From NCBI GenBank assembly GCA_963662285.2, contig CAXXMV010000006.1:32001-96000 (forward strand): a DNA stretch of 64,000 nt, given 5' to 3'. Source of the DNA: a bacterium. GTDB taxonomy: Bacteria; Hinthialibacterota; Hinthialibacteria; Hinthialibacterales; Hinthialibacteraceae. Shown here piece after piece: positions 28,967 to 39,734 of this stretch (within the stretch, counting starts at the first letter, position 1; each line of letters starts with the position of its first letter). Position numbers and translations under genes: made by a program. Under the pieces are notes generated by a model that made no database searches, was not told where the DNA came from, and saw nothing but the letters and a program-made list of their open reading frames with translations.

Positions 28967-31048
28967 ATGAATATTATAACAAAAACGATTAATCATGATT
29001 CTCCATTCTTTTCTGAGGTACTTGAACTTTCAAAAAAGCATAGTACGACTCTTGGTTTTCTTCCAAGAGGAGCATTTGAAAATTTTGCGTTAAATGATCA
29101 ACTTATATGTGCTTTTGATGATAAAAAACACTTGATGGGTTATCTTCTTTTTAACAAAAATAAAAAGGAACAACTTATTTCAATAGTTCATTTATGTGTT
29201 GCCGAAGAAAGAAAAGGAATTGCAAAATGTTTATTTAATGAACTTAAATTAATGACAAAAGATAATTACAGAGGAATTAGAGTTCATTGTAGACGTGATT
29301 TTGAGGCGAATGATTTATGGCCTAAATTGGGTTTTGAAGCGTTGGGCGAAAAATCCGGTCGCAGCAAAAGAGGAACAACATTAATCGTTTGGTGGTATGA
29401 CTATGGACATCCTGATCTTTTTTCTGAAATAGAAGAAGAGAAGATTCAAATTGCAATTGATGCAAATATCGTTTTCGAATTACAAGATAATAATTCTGAG
29501 CGATATGAAGAAACAATGTCTCTAAATAGTGATTGGTTGACGCAAAGATTTGAGTTTTGTATTACAAAAGAAACATCAAATGAAATTTTGAGAAATAAGG
29601 ATGAGGAAAGTAAAAAGAAAACAAGGGAATTTACATCAACATTTCAAAAACTAGTATGTTCACCTGAAATATTTGAAAATGTTCTAGATGAATTATACAA
29701 ACTTTTTTCAAAACCCACAAAAATAAATGATCAATCAGACTATCGACAAATTGCTTGGGCAATTGCAGCAGAAGTCTCCTTTTTCATTACACTTGATCAA
29801 AAACTATTAGACAAAGGTGAAAAAATTTATGATACATTTGGATTAAGTGTTATTAGGCCTGCTCAATTTATAAGAGATCAAGATTCAATAATACGAGAAA
29901 CAGAATATCAACCTAGTCGACTCCATGGATCATCAATTGATCATCAACTTGTCAATTCAAAACAAATAGACGAACTTGATAAATTTAGAGATCAGGAAAA
30001 AGAAAAAAAAACGGTATTTGACAAAAATATATTTCTATACTGCAGTCAAACATTAAAATATGAGCCTAGGATTGTATTAAATAATAATAATTCCATTTCT
30101 ATAATAGTATATAATCGAGAAAATCCAGAAATATTAAGTATTCCATTATTCAGAGTTTTTAAGGATAAACTCTCAAATACAATCATTCGCTTTATTATTC
30201 AGGATACAATAGAAATTTCTTCTAAAGAAGATAGGACTTTTACACAATTTGAAGATTATTATTTAACAAATAACATCAAAAATGCTCTTGTTGAATTTGG
30301 TTTTTTCCTTTTTGACAATAAGTGGATCAAAATCACCCTGAAGTCCTTCTACAATATCAAACAATTATCTATAAAAATGAATCTTATTAATAATCAATAT
30401 TCAGGTAAAACTAATATAATTTTAAAAGTCTTGGAGGATATAAAAACAAAAAGTACGAAACAAAAAGAACTTCTTGATATTGAAAGAATGTTATGGCCCG
30501 CAAAAATTAAAGATTTGGATATTCCATCATTTATAATTCCTATCAAACCTCATTGGGCTTCAGAATTATTTGATTATACTATATCTAACCAGAATCTATA
30601 TGGAAGTAATCCTTATCTAATTCTAAAACATGAAAATGCATATTACCGATCATGCAAAACTAAAGTTTTATCTTCTCCTGCACGAATATTATGGTATGTG
30701 AGTAGTAGTAAGGGTAAATATATCGGTCAGAGTTCTATCCGAGCGTGTTCTTTTTTAGATGAAATAATCATTGATAAACCGAAAAGTGTTTATAATAGAT
30801 TTAGAAGGTTAGGTGTTTATCAATGGAAAAATGTAATAGAAATCACCGAAGGAAATTTAGAGAGTTATTTAATGGCTTTTACATTCAGTAGAACTGAGTT
30901 ATTTGAAAATTCTATAAATCTAAATCAATTAAGAAATATTTGGAAAGAAGATGGGAAAAATTTCCATCTTCAATGTCCATTGAGAATTGAGAGTGATCGT
31001 TTTTTTAAATTATACAACATAGGGACTAGGGCAAAAAAAATCAAATGA
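28967..31048 (+). CDS. GNAT acetyltransferase - PIN domain - PUA/EVE-like fusion protein
   Basis: GNAT: IVHLCV..RKGIA...EANDLWPKLGF; PIN: IAIDANIV..E..DYRQIAWA..FITLD; C-terminal IPIKPHWASELF, ENAYYRS, RILWYVS. Confidence 0.75.
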   Translation: MNIITKTINHDSPFFSEVLELSKKHSTTLGFLPRGAFENFALNDQLICAFDDKKHLMGYLLFNKNKKEQLISIVHLCVAEERKGIAKCLFNELKLMTKDNYRGIRVHCRRDFEANDLWPKLGFEALGEKSGRSKRGTTLIVWWYDYGHPDLFSEIEEEKIQIAIDANIVFELQDNNSERYEETMSLNSDWLTQRFEFCITKETSNEILRNKDEESKKKTREFTSTFQKLVCSPEIFENVLDELYKLFSKPTKINDQSDYRQIAWAIAAEVSFFITLDQKLLDKGEKIYDTFGLSVIRPAQFIRDQDSIIRETEYQPSRLHGSSIDHQLVNSKQIDELDKFRDQEKEKKTVFDKNIFLYCSQTLKYEPRIVLNNNNSISIIVYNRENPEILSIPLFRVFKDKLSNTIIRFIIQDTIEISSKEDRTFTQFEDYYLTNNIKNALVEFGFFLFDNKWIKITLKSFYNIKQLSIKMNLINNQYSGKTNIILKVLEDIKTKSTKQKELLDIERMLWPAKIKDLDIPSFIIPIKPHWASELFDYTISNQNLYGSNPYLILKHENAYYRSCKTKVLSSPARILWYVSSSKGKYIGQSSIRACSFLDEIIIDKPKSVYNRFRRLGVYQWKNVIEITEGNLESYLMAFTFSRTELFENSINLNQLRNIWKEDGKNFHLQCPLRIESDRFFKLYNIGTRAKKIK

Positions 31049-31485
31049 ATAATGCTATCATTTTATCTATAAAACCGAAATACGCTGATAAAATATTCAG
31101 TGGTCAAAAGACAGTTGAACTTAGACGAATTAAACCTAAATTTATTAAAGAAGGTTCGGTTGCGATTATCTATATATCATCACCGCGTAAAGAACTACAT
31201 GGAGTAATTAAAATATCAAGAATTGTTGAAGAACCGTTGAATGATCTTTGGAGCAAAGTAGAGGGAAAAGCGCAAGTATCCAAAATTGAATTTGATAAAT
31301 ATTATGAAAACGCATCTAATGGAGTGGCTTTTTATATAAGTAAAGTTTGGAGTTTAAATAAACCATTGAAATTACATGAAATAGTATTAAGCAATAGCAT
31401 ATTCCAACCACCTCAAAGTTTTCAATACATTAATATAGATGATATTCAAATTCCGTCTCTAAAAAAAATGTTAAATTCAATTTGA
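31045..31485 (+). CDS. ASCH domain protein
   Basis: ILSIKPKYADKIFSGQKTVELRR (GxKxxExR), PPQSFQY; ATGA overlap with the upstream gene. Confidence 0.88.
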   Translation: MNNAIILSIKPKYADKIFSGQKTVELRRIKPKFIKEGSVAIIYISSPRKELHGVIKISRIVEEPLNDLWSKVEGKAQVSKIEFDKYYENASNGVAFYISKVWSLNKPLKLHEIVLSNSIFQPPQSFQYINIDDIQIPSLKKMLNSI

Positions 31486-31649
31486 CTCTATGTTTTGTCA
31501 ACTATTTTAAGTAATTTATAAAGACCAATAGTCTAAAAATACATTAGGTCTGACATTAGGTTTTCTTATGCATAACTAATGTTTAAAAGCCGCCTAGAAT
31601 TTTATATTCCACGCAGCCTTTTTATTAATTTATATTTTGAAGAAAGAAT

Positions 31650-32093
31650 CTATGCCGGATCAGGTCTGGCTTTTTTGGCTAGTGAGTCGAGGATGCCGTT
31701 GATGAATTTTACTGAATTGTCGTCGCCATAGCATTTAGCCAGTTCGATAGATTCGTTGAGGATGACGCTGACGGGAGTTTCGGGAGTTTTGAGGATTTCC
31801 CATATACTGATGCGCAGCAAGTTTTTATCGACGATAGCCATTCGTTCGATGCGCCAGTTGCGGGCGTGTTTGGTGATCAACTGGTCGATCTCTTCCAGGT
31901 GCTTAGATACTCCGTCAATCATTTTACGGGCGAACTCGTTGGCTTCGCGGTTAACGGATAGATTGTCGTCAACTTCCCACCAGTTCAATACAGGGGGCAG
32001 CGCTTCAACGCCGACTTTAGTGAGGATGTTGTCTGCGTATAATTCACGTAACGCATATTCGCGAGCGATGCGTCGTGGTCCGGTTTGTCTCAT
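31650..32093 (-). CDS. nusB: Transcription antitermination factor NusB
   Basis: [40 protein letters not shown]; follows ribH. Confidence 0.95.
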   Translation of the reverse strand: MRQTGPRRIAREYALRELYADNILTKVGVEALPPVLNWWEVDDNLSVNREANEFARKMIDGVSKHLEEIDQLITKHARNWRIERMAIVDKNLLRISIWEILKTPETPVSVILNESIELAKCYGDDNSVKFINGILDSLAKKARPDPA

Positions 32094-32554
32094 AGTTGTT
32101 CGCAAATGTTGGCCATCTCGATGGCGGTCATGGCGGCGTCAAAGCCTTTGTTGCCTGATTTAGTACCGGCCCGTTCAACGGCCTGTTCGATGGTGTTGGT
32201 GGTAATAACGCCAAAGGATATGGGACATCCGGATTCTATGCTGACCTGAGCGATGCCTTTTGACGCTTCCGCCGCGACGTAATCGAAATGAGGCGTTTCG
32301 CCGCGAATCACGGCCGCTAAAGCCAGCAGTGCATCGTATGAGCCGGATGCCGCCATCTTTTTAAGAATAATCGGCATTTCGAATGAACCGGGAACCCGTA
32401 TGAGCGTGATCTGCTCTTCGCTGGCGCCGTGGCGCAGCAAACCATCCATCGCGCCCTCGTAGAGACGTTCAGTGATGAACGAATTGAAGCGGGATACTAC
32501 AATACCGAATCGTTTCCCGGTTGCGTTTAATTGTCCTTCAATTATTTTAACCAT
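32090..32554 (-). CDS. ribH: 6,7-dimethyl-8-ribityllumazine synthase
   Basis: [36 protein letters not shown]. Confidence 0.97.
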   Translation of the reverse strand: MVKIIEGQLNATGKRFGIVVSRFNSFITERLYEGAMDGLLRHGASEEQITLIRVPGSFEMPIILKKMAASGSYDALLALAAVIRGETPHFDYVAAEASKGIAQVSIESGCPISFGVITTNTIEQAVERAGTKSGNKGFDAAMTAIEMANICEQL

Positions 32555-32587
32555 GATAACTCCTTTTTGTGAGATTTTCTTAATGCT

Positions 32588-33823
32588 CTATAGCATATGC
32601 CCCATCCGTTTTTCTTTCGTCTGGAGATAATGGGTATTATATTTATTTCGACCCACCTTGATGGGTATCCGCTCGATGATCTCTAATCCAAATGCATCCA
32701 AGCCATGAATCTTCATGGGATTATTGGTCATAATGCGCATTTTGCTAATGCCCAGGCTAGAGAGGATTTGCGCGCCGATGCCATATTCGCGTTCATCGGC
32801 TTTGAGACCCAGTTTCAAGTTGGCGTCTACCGTGTCGTATCCTTCATCCTGCAATACATAGGCTTTCAGTTTATTGACAATGCCGATGCCGCGACCTTCC
32901 TGTGACATATAAAGCAGCACGCCGCGTCCGGCTTCTTCTATTTGCTTCATGGCATAGCCCAGTTGCTCGCCGCAGTCGCAACGCAGTGAACCGAAGCAAT
33001 CTCCGGTCAGGCATTGATCATGGACTCGAACCAATACCGGTTCGGGGGTGGTGATATCGCCTTTGACCAGCGCGAAATGTTCTTTTTTATCAACATGACT
33101 GACGAATAGGTGTAGTTGGAAAATGCCGAATTTGGTCGGCATTTCGGTGATAAGTATTTTATCGACCAGTTGTTCGGTGTTAAGGCGATAGCGGATCAGG
33201 TCTTCGATAGTAACGATGCTGATATCATGTTTTTTTCCGAAAAGTTCCAAAGAGGGCATGCGCGCCATGGTTCCGTCATCGTCTAATATTTCGCATAGAA
33301 CGCCGACTGGCTCTAAGCCCGCCAGTTTCATTAAATCCACCGTTGCTTCAGTATGACCGGATCGCCGCAGCACGCCGCCGGGTTTGGCGATAATCGGGCT
33401 GATGTGACCCGGACGACCGAACGAATCGGCGGTAGATTTAGAATCGGCCAGTTTCTGTATAGTGATAGCCCGGTCCATTGCGGAGATGCCGGATTCAGTG
33501 CCTTCCAGGGCGTCTACCGTAATAGTGAAATTAGTGCTGTGCAGGGCGGTATTCTGTGAGGTCATCTGGTTGAGTTGGAGATATTTGGCTCTGTCTTCTT
33601 CCAGCGCAACGCAGACCAGCCCGCGTCCCTGGGTTACGATAAAATTCACTAGTTCAGGGGTAATGGACTGAGCGGGATAAACCAGATCGCCTTCGTTCTC
33701 CCTATTCTCATCATCGACGACAATGAGCATTTTCCCATTCTTAAGTTGTTTTATGGCTTCTTCTATGGAAACTTTCATACTGCTCTTTTCCTGTGTATCA
33801 CAAAAATTATGTGTATCGCTCAA
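32588..33823 (-). CDS. ribBA: Bifunctional DHBP synthase / GTP cyclohydrolase II
   Basis: DDENRENEGD, RSGHTEA, VRVHDQCLTGD..SLRCDCG, QEGRGIG. Confidence 0.97.
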   Translation of the reverse strand: MSDTHNFCDTQEKSSMKVSIEEAIKQLKNGKMLIVVDDENRENEGDLVYPAQSITPELVNFIVTQGRGLVCVALEEDRAKYLQLNQMTSQNTALHSTNFTITVDALEGTESGISAMDRAITIQKLADSKSTADSFGRPGHISPIIAKPGGVLRRSGHTEATVDLMKLAGLEPVGVLCEILDDDGTMARMPSLELFGKKHDISIVTIEDLIRYRLNTEQLVDKILITEMPTKFGIFQLHLFVSHVDKKEHFALVKGDITTPEPVLVRVHDQCLTGDCFGSLRCDCGEQLGYAMKQIEEAGRGVLLYMSQEGRGIGIVNKLKAYVLQDEGYDTVDANLKLGLKADEREYGIGAQILSSLGISKMRIMTNNPMKIHGLDAFGLEIIERIPIKVGRNKYNTHYLQTKEKRMGHML

Positions 33824-33905
33824 ATAAATTGTCGAACGAAAAAAGTCTGTATTTATCTATGAAAAAAAGAAAACTTGAAATATCGGGCGTCGCTTGCAGA
33901 ATTGG

Positions 33906-34559
33906 TTATTCTCCTGCAAAACCATATTGTCGCAGCTTCTCTATTGTTAAGCCAGAGCTGTGTGGTACAGAACCCACGGATAAGAGGCGCTGTACGTAAC
34001 GCGCCAGGATATCAACTTCCAGATTAACCGGATCGCCAACATTTTTACCGCGCAGGTTGGTTTGCTGTATCGTGAAGGGAATGATTGCAAACTGCGCAAT
34101 ATCGTCGTCCAGACTGGATATAGTTAAACTGATTCCATTGACGCATAATGATCCTTTGAAAGCTATGAATCCGGCTAAATCTTCAGGAAAGCGGATAGCC
34201 AGCCTACAAAATTCACCATCAGCAATAATCTCAGAAATAAGGCCGATGCCATCGACATGCCCGGAGACGATGTGTCCGCCAAGGCGGTCGGATGGCCGCA
34301 GCGCCGGTTCAAGGTTTAATGAGTCCCCTTTGCGCGCATCCTTAAAGGTAGTGCGTTGTACGGTTTCGCTGGACAGGTCGGCGGAAAAAAATCCATTGCC
34401 TAATTCACTCACCGTCAGGCATACGCCATTAACGCAGATGCTGTCGCCCAAAGCGGCCTCTTGGCTGATTAGTGGAGCGGCAATGCGCAGGCGTACGGAT
34501 TCTCCCTTATGCTGAATATCCGCCAGTTCGCCAATTTCGAGAACAATGCCCGTAAACAT
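33906..34559 (-). CDS. ribE: Riboflavin synthase (alpha chain)
   Basis: MFTGIV, GDSICVNGVCLTV, GGHIVSGHVD. Confidence 0.96.
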   Translation of the reverse strand: MFTGIVLEIGELADIQHKGESVRLRIAAPLISQEAALGDSICVNGVCLTVSELGNGFFSADLSSETVQRTTFKDARKGDSLNLEPALRPSDRLGGHIVSGHVDGIGLISEIIADGEFCRLAIRFPEDLAGFIAFKGSLCVNGISLTISSLDDDIAQFAIIPFTIQQTNLRGKNVGDPVNLEVDILARYVQRLLSVGSVPHSSGLTIEKLRQYGFAGE

Positions 34560-34684
34560 TATGTTTAATAAAATCCTTTACTGGATCGATATGATTAATC
34601 CTTGAATGAATAACTATTCTATAATCTTTTTTTCTTTTTCTTCAGGGAGGATTAAGGGATATTATAGTCGAGATTTGATAATAA

Positions 34685-35842
34685 TCACCGTCTCAGGATT
34701 CCACGAATCAAAGTGTCCTGATCGAGAAGAGTTCGTTCTACTCTCTCTAATTGCATAGCCTGGTCGATAAGTTCGACGCCTTCGCCAAGGAAAAAGGATG
34801 GCGCTTCTGATCCACCAACGATTTTTGGAGCGATATATAAAAGCAGTTCGTTGGCCAATTTACTTTCAAGAAAAGCGGTGTGAATTTTCGGGCCGCCTTC
34901 AACCAGTACGCTTTGGATGCCGGATGCGGCTAATGATTCCAGAACATAACGCAAGTCGAGCGCTTGTCTTTTTCCGCTTACTGAAGTGACGCTGGCATTA
35001 AGAAAAGTAAGTTCCTGAATAGCGAAATCGGGCGCCGAATCATGACAGAAAATCCATACCGGCGCCTCGATGAAAGTGCGGAGGATTTGGGCGTCTCTTT
35101 TGATTTCTAATTGAGGGTCCAGAACAACACGGGTTGACTGCTTGATGTTAAGTTCTTCCATGCCGGGCATTCTGGAGGTTAAAAGAGGATCATCAGCTAT
35201 GATGGTTCCTATGCCGGTTAAGATGGCGTCGGTCTCCGCCCGGACCTGATGAGCGTGCGCACGGGCGGTTTCGCCGGTGATCCATTTGGAGCATCCGGTT
35301 TTGGAAGCCATTTTGCCGTCCAGCGAAATGGCTGCTTTTAGAATAACCCAGGGCATTTTGGTGGTGTGGTAATGAAAGAAAAATCTGTTTTCAAACCAGC
35401 ATTCATCCTCCATCAGACCAACATCAACTTGAATGCCATTTTCGCGTAGAGTTTCTATGCCTTGGCCTTTAACTTCATGGAAGGGATCGCGGATGGCGAC
35501 AACTACCCGGTCAATATCTGCATCAATAATGGCATCGGTGCAGGGTGGGGTTGCGCCGTGATGGCAGCATGGCTCCAGGGTAACGTACATAGTCGCCCCG
35601 ATGGGATCTTCAGTACAGTTGGCCAAGGCGATGCGTTCGGCGTGCGGCTCGCCTTTACGAAGGTGGTAGCCCTCGCCGATTATTTGAGAAGAGCATTTTT
35701 CGTTAGAAGAAGGCCGGGCAATTACGCAGCCAACGCGGGGATTAGGCGAAGTGGTGAATCGTCCCTTTCGCGCAAGGTCAAGCGCCCGCTGCATAAACGA
35801 GCGGTCTTCTTCGGAAAAAGTAATTGCTGTTGTTTGGCTCAA
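34685..35842 (-). CDS. ribD: Riboflavin deaminase/reductase
   Basis: PNPRVGCV, HAE, TLEPCCH, SLDGK, SVLVEGG. Confidence 0.96.
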   Translation of the reverse strand: MSQTTAITFSEEDRSFMQRALDLARKGRFTTSPNPRVGCVIARPSSNEKCSSQIIGEGYHLRKGEPHAERIALANCTEDPIGATMYVTLEPCCHHGATPPCTDAIIDADIDRVVVAIRDPFHEVKGQGIETLRENGIQVDVGLMEDECWFENRFFFHYHTTKMPWVILKAAISLDGKMASKTGCSKWITGETARAHAHQVRAETDAILTGIGTIIADDPLLTSRMPGMEELNIKQSTRVVLDPQLEIKRDAQILRTFIEAPVWIFCHDSAPDFAIQELTFLNASVTSVSGKRQALDLRYVLESLAASGIQSVLVEGGPKIHTAFLESKLANELLLYIAPKIVGGSEAPSFFLGEGVELIDQAMQLERVERTLLDQDTLIRGILRR

Positions 35843-36663
35843 TGAGACAACTGTCCGATTCTTTCGAGTCCCATCCGGTCAACAAATTCTACAATATCTT
35901 CAAGAATTTGTTCGAAGCGCCTACCATCACGCACCTCAATTATTATTGGACCGTTAAAATCAATCTGCCTTAATCCTGTGATGATTTCGTCCCAAGGCGC
36001 GGCGCCGTGTCCGGGAGTCATATGTTCGTCCACATTCCCGCGATTGTCGCTGGCGTGGACCGAAAATATTTTATCGCCAAAACGCGATATCGCTTTGGGT
36101 AGATATCCTCCAACAAATGCATGTCCAATATCAAGGCACATGCCGACATTGGGGAGATCAAGTTTATCCAGTCGATCATACAGTTCTATCGGATCAGAAC
36201 CAAAAAGTGGATAAGGAAAATTCTCGATAGCGATCTTGATGTCTCTGTCTTCAGCGTATCCGCTTAAATCGCTTAGCGTATGAGTCAAAGCATCCCATCG
36301 TTCCAGTGCTTCAAACAATCCTTCTTCAATACTGGATGGATGGAATGTGACGGTAGTGGCGCCCATAAGCATGGCGGCGTCCAATACTCTTTGGCATGAC
36401 ACTACTGTTTCATCGCGCTCTGTTTCGTAAGGTATAGATAGGTCACCCAAACTACTGGGCGCATGCATGGTCACACAACGAAATTTCAGGTTTCTTAACA
36501 AGATACCTGCTTCCTGAATTTCTTCAGGATTATTAATGTCGAGGTGTCGTGGAGTCGCAAAAATTTCAACTCCTTCAAAACCATGCTCGTGTATGTCTCG
36601 TAATTTCGACATGAACGTCGACGGAAGCCACGTATAAGATGATATAGAGAGATGCATATCCAA
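35839..36663 (-). CDS. Sugar phosphate isomerase/epimerase (xylose-isomerase-like TIM barrel)
   Basis: IAIEN, CLDIGHA, HASDNRG..DEH.PG.G, IIEV. Confidence 0.85.
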   Translation of the reverse strand: MDMHLSISSYTWLPSTFMSKLRDIHEHGFEGVEIFATPRHLDINNPEEIQEAGILLRNLKFRCVTMHAPSSLGDLSIPYETERDETVVSCQRVLDAAMLMGATTVTFHPSSIEEGLFEALERWDALTHTLSDLSGYAEDRDIKIAIENFPYPLFGSDPIELYDRLDKLDLPNVGMCLDIGHAFVGGYLPKAISRFGDKIFSVHASDNRGNVDEHMTPGHGAAPWDEIITGLRQIDFNGPIIIEVRDGRRFEQILEDIVEFVDRMGLERIGQLSH

Positions 36664-36862
36664 CCTCGTTTACCCGCAAACCCTATTGGATTAAAATCCA
36701 GGGCGTACCAAAAACCGGAAACCATATTTTTATTCTCAATTTTAGTATACTATACCTTAGTCGGAATAAAAACCGTTTCAAAAAATATTTAACCAAATTT
36801 TATTACGTACTGCTATATACCTTCCATAACAGTATAGCATCTTGTAGGATTTTTAACCAATT

Positions 36863-37405
36863 ATGAGCATAATTCAAGTATTTATTAATTTGAAAATTCC
36901 CGACAATATCGAGCGTACCGCTCTGTATGCGTGCCGTAGTAGTTTGGGCTTTGATTCGTTGGAATCTCTAAGCCGAACTGAGTTCTGGGAACTTGATTTT
37001 CCAGAACTTACGGAAGAACAGGCCATGCAAAAAGCTGAACGGCTGGTTGAGAAAACCTCCCTTTTCGCCAATCCAAATAAGCATCGCTGGCATTTGGATG
37101 CAGTAGATCGCCTTTTAGAAGATAATGGCGTCTTGACTGTGCCATCCTCCGCCAGCGCCTTAATTTTGGTATGCGACAGGGAAGATGGCAAGGCCGAGTC
37201 AACTTTAGAGGCGATTCACCGCTTCGAAGGTAATAACGCGCAACCTTCATCTTTGTTACGCGGCGTGTTATGGCAAGTGACTTTTGCCGGGACGGATCAG
37301 CAGATCATTCGAGAACAGGTTGAAAAACTTGCAGTTACGGAAAGCCGTTCTCAGGGTCTTTTGGTTAATCCCCATTATCAGAGCCATAGAATATTTTACC
37401 CGTGA
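36863..37405 (+). CDS. Tandem PurS-like domain protein
   Basis: LKIPD...LFANPNKH and second half ending LLVNPHYQ resemble the PurS LLANP motif. Confidence 0.55.
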   Translation: MSIIQVFINLKIPDNIERTALYACRSSLGFDSLESLSRTEFWELDFPELTEEQAMQKAERLVEKTSLFANPNKHRWHLDAVDRLLEDNGVLTVPSSASALILVCDREDGKAESTLEAIHRFEGNNAQPSSLLRGVLWQVTFAGTDQQIIREQVEKLAVTESRSQGLLVNPHYQSHRIFYP

Positions 37406-38394
37406 ATAATAAAAACAATTGTTCTCCAAATGATGTTAAATCCGATCAGATAGAGATAAACTCTGTTGCAGAAGAGGATTTCTCTGTTGTTTTGGATATT
37501 TTAGAATCGGCTTTTCCGGATATGTCGCGCTCGTTTTTTTATTCGATGACGATGCGCGATCCCTGGTATCAATCAAAATATAGTTTGATTGCCAAACGTA
37601 AAGACGATTCTTTCGCCCATGTCCAGATTTTTAAAAGGGTTCTTTCATTAGGCGGCGATAATATAACTTTCGGGGGGATCGGCAGCGTCGCTACCCGGCC
37701 CGAACATCGCGGGAATGGATATGCCAGCCGGTTGCTGAAGCGCGCATTGGACATAATGCGCGAAGAGGGTATGGCGGGATCGTTTTTATTTACTTCTATT
37801 CAGCCATTTTATGAAAAACTAGGTTGGCGAACCATCCAGCAAACAGAACAGGATATTCCGGTTAATTCGTTAACGGAAATATCATTTAAGCCTCATTGGA
37901 TTCGTCCAATGAGGGACGATGATATTCCCCAGTTGCAGGATATGTATCAACGCATCCAGCAACGCAATGGCGGAGGGATAATTCGTACGGAAGAATATTG
38001 GGAAGCCCGGTCATCATGGCTTTCGCATTTGCCTGTCGTCATTATTGAAGATGAAGAAATATTGGGCTATTTCTATTACGCCCAATATGATCTGAAAAAA
38101 CCGGTGCTGTCCATTACGGAATATGGGATGGTTCGCGATGATGAAATGATATTGGAAAGAATGCTTCGTCTTATGGCTCGCAAGGCGGAAGAATTGCAAT
38201 GTCATACTCTGCGCGGTTTTTTCCTGCACGATCCGTTTTGGAGAGAATATATTACAAGGCGAAAGTTGGTTGCCGGTGAGAGAGCGTTTGCATATTTGAT
38301 GTGGAATAATATTGGCGATGAGGATATCTTAGATGTTATTCAACAATCGGTCGCCAAGCGCCAATTGCTTTTTTGGACTACAGACGCTTTTTAG
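37402..38394 (+). CDS. GNAT acetyltransferase, Eis-like
   Basis: GGIGSVATRPEHRGNGYAS, FYEKLGW, RTEEYW. Confidence 0.85.
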   Translation: MNNKNNCSPNDVKSDQIEINSVAEEDFSVVLDILESAFPDMSRSFFYSMTMRDPWYQSKYSLIAKRKDDSFAHVQIFKRVLSLGGDNITFGGIGSVATRPEHRGNGYASRLLKRALDIMREEGMAGSFLFTSIQPFYEKLGWRTIQQTEQDIPVNSLTEISFKPHWIRPMRDDDIPQLQDMYQRIQQRNGGGIIRTEEYWEARSSWLSHLPVVIIEDEEILGYFYYAQYDLKKPVLSITEYGMVRDDEMILERMLRLMARKAEELQCHTLRGFFLHDPFWREYITRRKLVAGERAFAYLMWNNIGDEDILDVIQQSVAKRQLLFWTTDAF

Positions 38395-38446
38395 GATCTG
38401 AACTTTTTTTTTCAACATCAGAAAATCGTGACGGAGAATGGCCTAG

Positions 38447-39547
38447 ATGGATCTTCAGCATAGTTTCATCAAGACTCAGAGAGAATTAGCTTCCAGTTCT
38501 CTTCATAAGTTTCAAGTATCATTAGTTTTGGTGGTTCTGGTAGTCATATTAGGCGCTACGGGTTTTTATTATATTGAATCCGTAGTATTCCTGGATAATG
38601 ATGTTCTTCAAGAAAATGAAAGCGCCCCGAAGAGTATGCTGGATGCTTTTTATTGGGCGATTGAAACCATTACTACAACTGGATATGGTGATATTCATCC
38701 TAGGACGAACATTGGCAAGCTGTGGGTGATTGGTTTTTCCGTGATTGGTTTGATTACTTTAGCTTATGCGGGAGCGTACGCCCTGGCTTTTATCGTTGAA
38801 GGACACCTCACCTTGGCCGTGCGGGAGAGAAAAATGGCGAAAGAAATCGCAAAGTTAAAGGATCACTTCATTATTTGCGGTATTGGGAGGGTCGGTAAAG
38901 AGATCGTGCGGCAGTTCCGCGGCAATCCCAAAGACTATATTGTCATAGACCGTGATGCGGATGTATTAGAGGAAACATTGAATGACGATGAACTGCGTAT
39001 AGTAGGCGATCCAACGCAGGATGAAATTATTAAAGAAGCCCGGATCGACACTGCATACGGTTTGATAACCTGCCTGCCCAGCGACGCGGATAACGTATTT
39101 ACCATACTGACGGCCAAAGGCCTGAATCCTAATCTTTTTATCATTGCACGCGGCGAAAACGAAAGTTCGCGTAATAAACTGCTCCGTGCGGGAGCGAATC
39201 GAGTGGTTTTACCTGCTCATATCGGCGGCGTTCGAATGGCATCAATGGCTATCAGGCCGGCGGTGGTTGATTTTATCGAACAGACTATCCTTTTTACAAG
39301 CGACCGCGAACCCCTGTTTTTGGAAGAGGTTGCTATAGAACCGGGCAATCCCTTCATCGGTAAAATGTTGAAGGAAACCAAAATTAAATCTGAAACGGAA
39401 GTTCTGGTGCTGGGAGTAAAAAAACGCACTGGCGCTCTTGATTACAATCCTTCATCAAACTACGTATTTCAGGAAGGCGATATCCTCATTGGCATGGGGC
39501 AGCAGCCCCAATTTGAACTTTTAAGGAGGCTGATCAGTTCTTCGTAA
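38447..39547 (+). CDS. Potassium channel with RCK (TrkA-N/TrkA-C) domains
   Basis: Filter TTTGYGD; HFIICGIGRVG. Confidence 0.92.
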   Translation: MDLQHSFIKTQRELASSSLHKFQVSLVLVVLVVILGATGFYYIESVVFLDNDVLQENESAPKSMLDAFYWAIETITTTGYGDIHPRTNIGKLWVIGFSVIGLITLAYAGAYALAFIVEGHLTLAVRERKMAKEIAKLKDHFIICGIGRVGKEIVRQFRGNPKDYIVIDRDADVLEETLNDDELRIVGDPTQDEIIKEARIDTAYGLITCLPSDADNVFTILTAKGLNPNLFIIARGENESSRNKLLRAGANRVVLPAHIGGVRMASMAIRPAVVDFIEQTILFTSDREPLFLEEVAIEPGNPFIGKMLKETKIKSETEVLVLGVKKRTGALDYNPSSNYVFQEGDILIGMGQQPQFELLRRLISSS

Positions 39548-39583
39548 CCATATCGATCTCCCTGTTGTGAGTTACAATAAACT

Positions 39584-39714
39584 TAGAACGATTAATTCTT
39601 GAGAGTAGTTGTCATAATAATGTTCTGATTGGCGATTCGTAGAAGCCAGAAAAGAGTGGCTTCTACGAAGACCAAACGTGATAATGATCGAACATATTTT
39701 TGATAATCGCTCTA
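39584..39714. mobile_element. Repeat family C copy 1 (MITE-like)
   Basis: TAGAACGATTA...TAATCGCTCTA ends; central hairpin; homologous to 53811-53932. Confidence 0.65.
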
Positions 39715-39734
39715 GATGCGTGGTTATTTCAGTA

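Noticed and set aside
28780-31640. Prophage or integrative element around the AT-rich island
   Set aside because: No integrase, tRNA target or flanking direct repeats visible.
34560-36860. FMN riboswitch for the rib cluster
   Set aside because: No RFN consensus seen upstream of ribE, ribD or the TIM-barrel gene.
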